Part shown: one piece after another, positions 31,713 to 39,574 of the stretch
Position numbering within the stretch: position 1 is the stretch's first letter
Layout of the letters: every line of letters begins with the position of its first letter
NCBI GenBank assembly: GCA_050950765.1
Contig: JBMNIF010000002.1
Span: 96,001-160,000, forward strand
DNA from: Bdellovibrionota bacterium
GTDB taxonomy: Bacteria > Bdellovibrionota_C > UBA2361 > JAAYZI01
DNA: 64,000 bases
Direction of reading: 5' to 3'
The notes under the pieces: generated by a model
What the model was told of the DNA's origin: nothing
Databases searched by the model: none
Seen by the model: only the letters and a program-made list of their open reading frames with translations
Translations under genes and position numbers: made by a program

Positions 31713-32101
31713 GATTATACCGCTCGAAAGCTACCTTTAAAAACACGTTTGTATGGTATAATTTCGCGGGAATTCAGGTTATAATATCAGCTAGCTCGAG
31801 TCGCGCCTTTTCTGACTTCCTAGCCTGGACAGTTTTTTAAAGCTTCGCTTTTAAAAAACTTCCCCACTACACAATAAATAAAAACCGATATCCCAACACT
31901 CTTAGGGTCGACAGACTTCGGAAGTCAGACGCTACTATTTCTTTTCTATAATATCAGCTAGCTCGAGTCGCGCCTTTTCTGACTTCCTAGCCTGGACAGT
32001 TTTTTAAAGCTTCGCTTTTAAAAAACTTCCCCACTACACAATAAATAAAAACCGATATCCCAACACTCTTAGGGTCGACAGACTTCGGAAGTCAGACGCT
32101 A

Positions 32102-34123
32102 CTATTTCTTTTCTATAATATCAGCCAGCTCGAGTCGCGCCTTTTCCCAAACATCAGGATCAGTGGACCAACTGATATCTGTAACGACCCAAGTGGGGTC
32201 TTGCGGATCTGAGACACCGTATTCCCAGAGTGTTTTCGGAACCACTCTTGAAACAATCTCTTGTACCTTTTTAGGGTTTTTAGCAGCAGCCAATGTTAAA
32301 TAATCAACATCCTGCAAACCGCGCCGCCAATGTTTTAGGCGTAAGCTGGCGATAGGTCCCTCTATATTATAAGAGCTTGCTGGAAAGACTCGGTCTGTTC
32401 CAGGATAAAAAAGCACCCCATCTCCGTTACCGTAATTCCAACCGGTCTCACCTATGACAGGATCCACCTTTGTTTTACCGCCGAAAGTGTGTGCCTCTTT
32501 AAAAACATCACTCTCACCTGTTCCGCCTTGAAAGTTATTGTAATAAGTGGACTCCCAGTAAAACCATCTTTCGATACCGTGCTTATACTGAGCCCACGCC
32601 AACTCTCTCAAAGCCACACCATCATCCTCAATCATAAAGGAACCACTTAGCGGACGACTCCCGTTATAGAACCACAACTTACCATTTTTTTTGTTCCGAT
32701 AATATTTCTGAGTTTTTTCCCACTCTGCTGGAATACCGAGACCTCCAGTTGTGCAAGCGATATCCAGAGATGGCATCTTTTTAGCGGCTTCAATAGCAGG
32801 TGCTGTGGCAAAGGTTAATAAATTACGTCCGATACCGGAGTGCTCTTTAAAGGAACGCGCCAACTCCTCTATTTTAGGATAATCAATTGATTCATCTATC
32901 AGATAGAGAAAATATTCAGTTTGTGGAGAATTTTTAGCAAACCACTTTGCCCAATTATCTGCACGTTTCATACGATGAGATTTTTCTCCCCAATCCCATT
33001 TGCCATAAGTTCCGATTGAAAAGACACCATTTCCAACACCGATCCCAGGACCGTTATAACCGGCTTCATTTTTAAAGAGCGATCCGTTTAGGCGCGGAAT
33101 CCAAACGTCAATAGGGGCGTCCTCTTTATGCACCCCTTCATTATCATCAATCATAGAGATCTTATGACGATGCGCCATCTGAAAATGGCGATCGCGAATT
33201 TTCTCAAGTTTAGTGAGGTTAGCAGCACCTTCGTGCCAAGTCTTCCCTAAATACCTCTTAGCGATATCTGAATATCCGAGATACAACATAGTCTTAGCTG
33301 ACGGGGTATCTGGCAGGGTAAAGTTTCTAACACTTAACGCAACAGGGATCTCTTTTATTACACTATTATTTTGTAAAATCTTAAAACTACCGTTATAGGT
33401 ATCTGCTGGAGTATTTTTCGGGATGAAGATATCAACCCAGACGCTTTGACTATTTCCTTTTTTAATATTTAGTGTTCCAAAAACCTCTTGTGGCACTGCG
33501 ATATCGGGATAAGCCTTGTCGTGATCGGGTCTACTTTTCCAGTCCCCCGTCCCTTTTTTCCCTTCATGTGGTCTACGGAATCTTTCCGGCACATGTCTTT
33601 CATCATAATAGTTTTCATAAGCGATTAAACTTAAACCTTTTATCGGAAGGTAGCGCACTATAAATATCTCGATATTTCTTCCGTTATAATCGAAGATATC
33701 AGCAGCGCTCTGTGTTTTTTTAACACTATCAGAAAATTTAGATTTTGTTGCTAGTGGTGATGCATTCGAGATCCTAAGACCCGCTTTATTACTAAGCGTA
33801 TCAAATTGAAATGTTAAACCGTTTAGATCAGTAGTAGGTGCTTCGATTATTAAGTTAAATGAGATAACTTCATTTTTCCCACCGAAAAGACTCACCTTCT
33901 TCCCATCCCAGAGGAAGTTTAAGATCTTTTCTTCACCTTTTTGAGATAACGGCAGGTCTTGTTGCGGAACTTTTTTCTCTCCGTTATTAACCCAGACCTT
34001 CAGTGGTGTAGCTTCTTTTGCTAACGCCTCTTTTACGGATACCTGTTCCGGAACACCATTTTCCATAATATAGCAGATCCCTATAAGAGCACCTACTATA
34101 AAGAGCGTTAAAGATTTCTTCAT
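32102..34123 (-). CDS. Exported DUF4091/GH123-like putative glycoside hydrolase
   Basis: N-terminal anchor; YLIDE, NGDGVLFYPG, PIASLRLKHWRRGLQD C-terminal signature. Confidence 0.75.
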   Translation of the reverse strand: MKKSLTLFIVGALIGICYIMENGVPEQVSVKEALAKEATPLKVWVNNGEKKVPQQDLPLSQKGEEKILNFLWDGKKVSLFGGKNEVISFNLIIEAPTTDLNGLTFQFDTLSNKAGLRISNASPLATKSKFSDSVKKTQSAADIFDYNGRNIEIFIVRYLPIKGLSLIAYENYYDERHVPERFRRPHEGKKGTGDWKSRPDHDKAYPDIAVPQEVFGTLNIKKGNSQSVWVDIFIPKNTPADTYNGSFKILQNNSVIKEIPVALSVRNFTLPDTPSAKTMLYLGYSDIAKRYLGKTWHEGAANLTKLEKIRDRHFQMAHRHKISMIDDNEGVHKEDAPIDVWIPRLNGSLFKNEAGYNGPGIGVGNGVFSIGTYGKWDWGEKSHRMKRADNWAKWFAKNSPQTEYFLYLIDESIDYPKIEELARSFKEHSGIGRNLLTFATAPAIEAAKKMPSLDIACTTGGLGIPAEWEKTQKYYRNKKNGKLWFYNGSRPLSGSFMIEDDGVALRELAWAQYKHGIERWFYWESTYYNNFQGGTGESDVFKEAHTFGGKTKVDPVIGETGWNYGNGDGVLFYPGTDRVFPASSYNIEGPIASLRLKHWRRGLQDVDYLTLAAAKNPKKVQEIVSRVVPKTLWEYGVSDPQDPTWVVTDISWSTDPDVWEKARLELADIIEKK

Positions 34124-34537
34124 ACTACTCCCCTTTTTTTAGTCTTATCATGCTGCACGGAAAATATTTCGCTCGGTCGCACCTCACGCAGCACCTGCAA
34201 CCGAAGCAAAACCTATCACTTCACTTAACCTCTAAGTGTAGGTACTTTTTTCTTTTTAGAACACCCACTTTTAGCTAAATTTTTAGTTTCCGCTAACATT
34301 TTGATGTTATTAAACTATTACAAGGTTAAATTCCACCCGCCTCATTACAAAGCGCTCGATAAAGATGGGCGGGGCCTTATTTACTATACTTTCTCTCACC
34401 ATTCTTATTTTTACGGGCGCATTTTCACAACACCTTTTTCAAGCTTGAAACTTTTAAAGAGATAGGGCGCACAACCTTTTTTTGCACTTTTTCTCTAAAT
34501 AGCTGCTGAAGTGAAATACTTATGCACAAACATAATA

Positions 34538-35875
34538 TTATAAATATCCTAAGCTTTTTAATTCTCTTATCTGTTTTTTATTAAACTCAATCTGTGGCTT
34601 ATCGTTATCAGTTTGTAATTCTACTTTATTGGAAAAATCCATCATCTCTTTTTTCAGAAGTTCTATCCTAGTTTGGTAACTTCCCTCATTTATAAGATCA
34701 TTTTCTTCTAAAGGATCTAAACTAAGATCATAAAACTCATAAGTATTAGTCTTTCTATCTAAAATCAATTTATCTAATTTTTTAATTATGGCAATTTTAT
34801 CTACATTTCTAATTTTTTGCGCAGATTTAAACGAGACCTCTGCAAAAACAGAACGTGAGGCAGGGATCTCTTTTGTTTTTATTAAATCGATCCCCAAAAG
34901 TGGGGAGCTTTCGTTGAAGAGACCTAAAATAGTGGGAAGGATATCTATCTGAGAAACATTACCGCGAATAACTTTATGACTTAAATTTTTTGCCCTGATT
35001 AATAATGGAACATGCATTAGTTCGTTATAAAGAGAACGGGTGTGTCCTATCCAACCTCTATCTAAAAGCTCCTCTCCGTGGTCTGCCGTAAAAATAATAA
35101 TGGTATTATCCAGCAATTTTGAGTCTTCAAGATATCTGTATAGACGCAACAAAGCACGTTCTGTAAAAGTTATTTCTTCGTGATAGAGGGCGTTTAATTG
35201 AATTTTATCAGTTTGAGTAAAGGTAGAAGATTTTCTAACAGCAACTATATCTACATCGCCTGAAAAAACGCCTTTATAGTTTGGGTCTGTATAGTAGATA
35301 TCAGAATGATCCTTGTAATTTATATGTGGATCAAAATAATGAGCGAACATAAAAAAAGGCTTTTTTGGATCTCTTGCTTTTAAAAATGAAATGACCTCAT
35401 CTGTAACAAGGTCACCAACTATAGTATTGTGCTGATCTTTTTTATTGACGTTTTTACAAATTTGAAAATCTTTCGTTATTCCACTGGATCTATTAATAAT
35501 CGAACTCGAGATTACAGACATACTTTGGTATCCCTTTGTCTGTAAATAGTTAGGAATCGTCTTGATATTATCTGCTAGGACACTACTCATCTTTGTTACA
35601 CCATGATCCCTTGGATATAACCCCGTTAAAATGGTTGCTACGCTAGGTTTTGTCCATGAAGAAGCAGCATAACTATCACGAAAAATCCAACTATTTGGTG
35701 AGATTGTCTTTAAAAATTCGCTTTCGATTGTAATTTCTGAGTTATACAAAGGCAGATGCTTTGCAGCTAAAGTATCTACAACTATCAAAAGAATATTAGG
35801 ATCTTGTTGAGCCTTTTTTGTGCAAGAAGTAAACGCAAATAACAAAACTACTGCCGCAACAAAGAATTTACGCAT
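34538..35875 (-). CDS. Sulfatase-like lipoprotein (alkaline phosphatase superfamily)
   Basis: Lipobox FTSC, PNILLIVVDTL, WTKPS...LTG (Thr in place of the CxPxR Cys), HYFDPH, TADHGE, LKSLGYL. Confidence 0.85.
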   Translation of the reverse strand: MRKFFVAAVVLLFAFTSCTKKAQQDPNILLIVVDTLAAKHLPLYNSEITIESEFLKTISPNSWIFRDSYAASSWTKPSVATILTGLYPRDHGVTKMSSVLADNIKTIPNYLQTKGYQSMSVISSSIINRSSGITKDFQICKNVNKKDQHNTIVGDLVTDEVISFLKARDPKKPFFMFAHYFDPHINYKDHSDIYYTDPNYKGVFSGDVDIVAVRKSSTFTQTDKIQLNALYHEEITFTERALLRLYRYLEDSKLLDNTIIIFTADHGEELLDRGWIGHTRSLYNELMHVPLLIRAKNLSHKVIRGNVSQIDILPTILGLFNESSPLLGIDLIKTKEIPASRSVFAEVSFKSAQKIRNVDKIAIIKKLDKLILDRKTNTYEFYDLSLDPLEENDLINEGSYQTRIELLKKEMMDFSNKVELQTDNDKPQIEFNKKQIRELKSLGYL

Positions 35876-35940
35876 AAATATACCCTTTATGATAAATCTA
35901 AAAGGTAAATAATATGCCGAGATTATATTCTGTCAAATTC

Positions 35941-35973
35941 ATTTCAATCCACGCGCTTCGTAAGAAGCGCGAC
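35941..35973 (-). CRISPR. Solitary type I-C CRISPR repeat
   Basis: Minus strand GTCGCGCTTCTTACGAAGCGCGTGGATTGAAAT: 5' GTCGC, 8-bp stem, 3' GTGGATTGAAAT, the layout of I-C repeats. Confidence 0.8.
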
Positions 35974-36037
35974 AGTAAAATCATTAGATAAAAAGCATTT
36001 TACTTTTTTTATCCTTAATGATTTTTATTACATCTTC

Positions 36038-36143
36038 TAGACTATAATATTTCAGGCTTCCCAGTTCAATATCCATTATTCCTTCAATCTGATGCCTCAA
36101 AGTGGCGAACTCTGCTGTAATAATCACGCACTAAAAATATAGA
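36038..36143 (-). pseudogene. cas2: Fragment of a type I-C cas2
   Basis: Hand translation: SIF/(frameshift)*CVIITAEFATLRHQIEGIMDIELGSLKYYSL, resembling the I-C Cas2 pattern SVFEC...F..L...L..I.D...DSLR.Y.L; lies upstream of the lone I-C repeat on the same strand. Confidence 0.6.
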
Positions 36144-36158
36144 TTAAGTTAATCTATA
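36138..36158. terminator. AT-rich palindrome at the trailer end of the V-A array
   Basis: tatagattaa-g-ttaatctata. Confidence 0.4.
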
Positions 36159-36463
36159 ATTACATTCCCCCTTTTTCATTTTTAATAAGGAGCATATCTA
36201 CAATAGTAGAAATTTAAATAAGACCTTAAACTCGCACCTCGCGTGAGGTGCGTGGATTATCTACAATAGTAGAAATTTAAATAAGGTCTTAAACTAACAT
36301 AGCGCTATCTAGCCCACTGATATCTACAATAGTAGAAATTTAAATAAGGTCTTAAACAGATATAAATATCTGGAACTGTGCTGGTTCAGCGTGAAATGGA
36401 CATTTGAGGTGCTGAAAAAAGCTACTATAATAGCCTGAGTGATATTAACTAATGGGGTGAATA

Positions 36464-36769
36464 ATGGGAAAACATTTTAGTGCAGAAGATAAGGTTAAGA
36501 TACTGAAGGAGCATTTATTAGGAAATAAGCCGTTATCGAGTTTATGCGATAAATACGGCGTACACATTAGTACATTTTATGAATGGCAGAAGCTATTATT
36601 TGAGGGAGCTATCCAAATTTTTGAGCGGAATAAAAATGGTAGGAAAGAAGAAAAGAAGCAAGCTGAACGGATAGATATTTTGGAGAAGAAGCTAACGAAG
36701 AAGGATTCTGCGCTAGCGGAGCTTTTGGGGCTTCATATAGATTTAAAAAAAAAGCTTGGGGAGCTTTAA
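36464..36769 (+). CDS. IS3 OrfA (HTH plus leucine zipper)
   Basis: FSAEDKVKIL...CDKYGVHISTFYEW; ends at an A9G slippery run (36745-36754) overlapping an AAAGCT/AGCTTT hairpin. Confidence 0.85.
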   Translation: MGKHFSAEDKVKILKEHLLGNKPLSSLCDKYGVHISTFYEWQKLLFEGAIQIFERNKNGRKEEKKQAERIDILEKKLTKKDSALAELLGLHIDLKKKLGEL

Positions 36770-36804
36770 CGAAGCGTTGGGTTGAGCCACAAATACGAGA
36801 TGAG

Positions 36805-37767
36805 GTGATAGATTTTGTACATGAATGGCAAGAGAAATCAGAAATGAAGCGGGAGATGTTTATAAAGAGGTTAGGGATAACACGGAGCAAGTACTATGCT
36901 TGGGAAAAACATTACGGTAAAGAGAACTTTCATAACGGGCTAATTCCGAGAGATTACTGGCTATTACCCAGTGAAAGGGAGGCTATTATTAAGTATTATT
37001 TAGAGCACTCAAGAGTAGGTTATCGAGCATTAACATACATGATGCTTGACGCAGATGTTGTGGCAGTATCCCCTGCGACGACCTATAGAGTATTGAAAAG
37101 TGCTGGCTTAATGCGTTGCTGGAATGGTTTAAAAAGCAAGAAAGGGACAGGATTTGAACAACCACTTAACCCGCATGAACATTGGCATACGGATGTTTCA
37201 TATATCAATATTTGTGGCACATTTTACTATTTTATTGGAGTTTTGGATGGATGTAGTCGGTATTTAGTTGCATGGGACATTAGAGAATCGATGAAAGAAA
37301 TAGATATTGAAGTAGTATTACAAAAGGCTAGAGAAAGTTTTCCAGACGCAAGACCGCGAATTATTTCAGATAACGGTTCAGCCTATATTTCAAAAGAGTT
37401 TAAGAATTTTATAAAGATATCTGGTATGACTCACGTCAAGACATCACCGTTCTATCCACAATCGAACGGTAAGATGGAGAGATTTAATGGGACATTAAAA
37501 GTAGAAGCGATACGACCTAACACTCCAGTATCACTTGATGATGCGAAAACTATAGTGAGTAAGTTTGTCGAAGAATATAACAATCAGCGGTTACATTGTG
37601 CGCTAGGTTATATAACACCAAATGATAGATTGAATAACAAGCAAGAGGAGATATTTAGAGCTCGAGACAGCAAATTGGAAGCTGCTAGAGCACATCGCAA
37701 GTTAGTAAGAGAGGGGTACCCCTCTCTTACTAACTACAACATTGAACAACAAGCTCAGGTGTGTTAA
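36805..37767 (+). CDS. IS3 OrfB DDE transposase (fused to OrfA by -1 frameshift)
   Basis: WHTDVSY, ISDNGSAY, SNGKMERFNGTLK. Confidence 0.92.
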   Translation: MIDFVHEWQEKSEMKREMFIKRLGITRSKYYAWEKHYGKENFHNGLIPRDYWLLPSEREAIIKYYLEHSRVGYRALTYMMLDADVVAVSPATTYRVLKSAGLMRCWNGLKSKKGTGFEQPLNPHEHWHTDVSYINICGTFYYFIGVLDGCSRYLVAWDIRESMKEIDIEVVLQKARESFPDARPRIISDNGSAYISKEFKNFIKISGMTHVKTSPFYPQSNGKMERFNGTLKVEAIRPNTPVSLDDAKTIVSKFVEEYNNQRLHCALGYITPNDRLNNKQEEIFRARDSKLEAARAHRKLVREGYPSLTNYNIEQQAQVC

Positions 37768-38209
37768 CTAGGGTTTTGTGGCATGACAAAAGTCCATTTC
37801 CATCAGAGGCAGAACAGAACCACGATATATCTACAATAGTAGAAATTTAAATAAGGTCTTAAACATTCCGAAAAGTACTCCCACAACCTTATCTACAATA
37901 GTAGAAATTTAAATAAGGTCTTAAACACCTATGAGGACGGATCTTATAGTTTTATCTACAATAGTAGAAATTTAAATAAGGTCTTAAACGTTAGTTATTA
38001 TTCGAGGCAAAGGTAAAATCTACAATAGTAGAAATTTAAATAAGGTCTTAAACTAGTTATTCTAATAATAATTTAATCTTATCTACAATAGTAGAAATTT
38101 AAATAAGGTCTTAAACGATAAATCGCAGAGTTAAAACAGCCCGATCTACAATAGTAGAAATTTAAATAAGGTGATCTACAATAGTAGAAATTTAAATAAG
38201 GTCTTAAAC

Positions 38210-38334
38210 CCTTACGGTTAATAACCTTATCTTTTTTGTATGATTTTTACCAGAAAAACCACTTTTTTTGCCAAATTTAGTCAATTTAAGACCTTATTTT
38301 TCACATTTCCAAAATTAAGACTGAGGTTTGCATC
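38210..38334 (-). promoter_or_regulatory. CRISPR leader
   Basis: AT-rich gap between the cas2 stop and the first repeat; contains a 15-nt inverted copy of the repeat 5' end. Confidence 0.75.
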
Positions 38335-38610
38335 TCAATCTACGACCAGTATGTCAGCATTTTCATTTTCTGCATAGCCCCAACGTGTGATTTTACAATT
38401 TTGACTAGTTTCTATTATTATTACACTATCTGTTTGGCTAAATCGTTTTTCAAAATTATTCGTTATTTCATTCATTATATTATCAAGCAAACGTTTGCTA
38501 TTCTTTATTTTAAATACTGAATATTGCAGTCGATAACCAAATTTTTTTAGATACTTTGAAAAATGAGTTCGCAATTTATTATCTTGTATGTCATAACTAA
38601 TTATTATCAT
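38335..38610 (-). CDS. cas2: Cas2
   Basis: IISYDI, RLQYSVF. Confidence 0.95.
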   Translation of the reverse strand: MIIISYDIQDNKLRTHFSKYLKKFGYRLQYSVFKIKNSKRLLDNIMNEITNNFEKRFSQTDSVIIIETSQNCKITRWGYAENENADILVVD

Positions 38611-39574
38611 AAGAAATCACCGCTTTTGGAAATGTATCTATATCCTTCCCCTTCATAAACCATCTGTAATATTGCTGAATATAATCAAATATAATTGTCC
38701 TGTTTTTTACTATTTCTTCTAAGATTAAAATTATAAATTTTCTACTATCCTCCCAGCTTAAATTATATTGATAGTTATTAATAATAAACTTATAATTTTT
38801 TGCCTGCCCAAGATTTATAATTTTTCTTATTTTATAATCAATAATCGGTCTAAATGGCTCTATTATATCACACACTAAAGACTTTCTCTTATAAAACTCT
38901 TTGTGCAGGTTCCCTTTATAAACATCAAATCCGTAGATATTTAATATTGCTTCCAAATAATTAAACAAAACAGTATAGCCGATATCTAATAATAAATTTA
39001 TCTTATCCCTTTTTATCCTCGGCTGTCTGCCATGCCACTCAAAGTCTTTAAATAAACGATTAAAATATACCTTAGCCCCAACTCCCTCATATCCCATTAT
39101 CTCATAAGAAGTAATTTTAGCATTATTTTTGATTTCTTTAATCAGTTCTTCTAAATTTTTTATTCCATCAAAAACACTCTTATCTCTTAATTTTTTTAAT
39201 ATAAATACCTGATTTTCAATCTTATTTATTATAATTTGTTTTGCAATTTCAGTTTCATTTATATTTGTATATTGCTTCTTTCTTAATAGAGTATTGCCTT
39301 CAAGCGAAAAATTAATTGTTGAATACACTTTAAAACTTGCTGAAAATAAAACAATTGAAAAACCAAATTTTTTACTTCGTAGTATTATTCCTGAAGTAAG
39401 AGTTATTCCCCCCACAACAAACACAGCAAATAGCCTATAACAACTAAGTTGTACTTTTATCTTTTTATCTGAATCCGTTATTACTATATTATCATTCTTA
39501 AATGATATTTTATCACCATCTTGAGGAAAAACTAAAATAACCTTCTTTTCTATAAAATCAGGCTTTGTTAACAC
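38597..39574 (-). CDS. cas1: Type V-A Cas1
   Basis: MGYEGVGAKVYF, NLLLDIGY, GNLH, SLVCDIIEPFR. Confidence 0.95.
   Translation of the reverse strand: MLTKPDFIEKKVILVFPQDGDKISFKNDNIVITDSDKKIKVQLSCYRLFAVFVVGGITLTSGIILRSKKFGFSIVLFSASFKVYSTINFSLEGNTLLRKKQYTNINETEIAKQIIINKIENQVFILKKLRDKSVFDGIKNLEELIKEIKNNAKITSYEIMGYEGVGAKVYFNRLFKDFEWHGRQPRIKRDKINLLLDIGYTVLFNYLEAILNIYGFDVYKGNLHKEFYKRKSLVCDIIEPFRPIIDYKIRKIINLGQAKNYKFIINNYQYNLSWEDSRKFIILILEEIVKNRTIIFDYIQQYYRWFMKGKDIDTFPKAVISYDNN

Larger units (their letters stand above)
29950..31778 (+). mobile_element. IS1634-family-like insertion sequence
   Basis: Imperfect IRs CCTAAATTCCGC / GCGGGAATTCAGG; flanks CTATAA and TTATAA (5-6 bp TSD); interrupts a 52-bp unit. 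Confidence 0.8.
29759..32146. repeat. 167-bp tandem array: four 52-bp copies of a gene 3' end alternating with three 115-bp MITE-like elements
   Basis: 52-bp units at 29759-29810, 29926-31812 (split by the IS), 31928-31979 and 32095-32146. 115-bp units at 29811-29925, 31813-31927 and 31980-32094, bounded by TGACTTCC...GGAAGTCA. Confidence 0.9.
36377..37816 (+). mobile_element. IS3-family insertion sequence (1440 bp) inside a spacer
   Basis: TG...CA ends, about 29-bp imperfect IRs sharing GAAATGGAC, 4-bp TSD GAAC (36373-36376 and 37817-37820). Confidence 0.92.
36196..38209 (-). CRISPR. Type V-A CRISPR array: 36-bp repeat GTTTAAGACCTTATTTAAATTTCTACTATTGTAGAT, 9 full repeats plus 1 truncated, 8 spacers of 26-28 bp, interrupted by IS3
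   Basis: Repeats start at 36196 (2-nt variant), 36259, 36322, 37829, 37891, 37954, 38018, 38081, 38144 (truncated) and 38174. The AATTTCTACT-nnn-GTAGAT handle is the Cas12a hallmark. Confidence 0.97.

Noticed and set aside
29950..31778. IS1634-like element as the source of the 52-bp duplications
   Set aside because: It has its own 5-6 bp TSD, sits inside an existing 52-bp unit and has IRs unlike the MITE ends.
34330..34380. GC hairpin (cccgcc...ggcggg) as a structured RNA
   Set aside because: No recognisable RNA family features; could be a terminator of the sulfatase gene.
36196..36231. Terminal repeat variant (GT to AC inside TAAG..CTTA)
   Set aside because: Micro-inversion in a quasi-palindrome; ordinary trailer degeneration and the handle is intact.
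38117..38143. Newest spacer as self-targeting the mosaic repeat (shared cgggctgt)
   Set aside because: Only 8 nt match; expected by chance.
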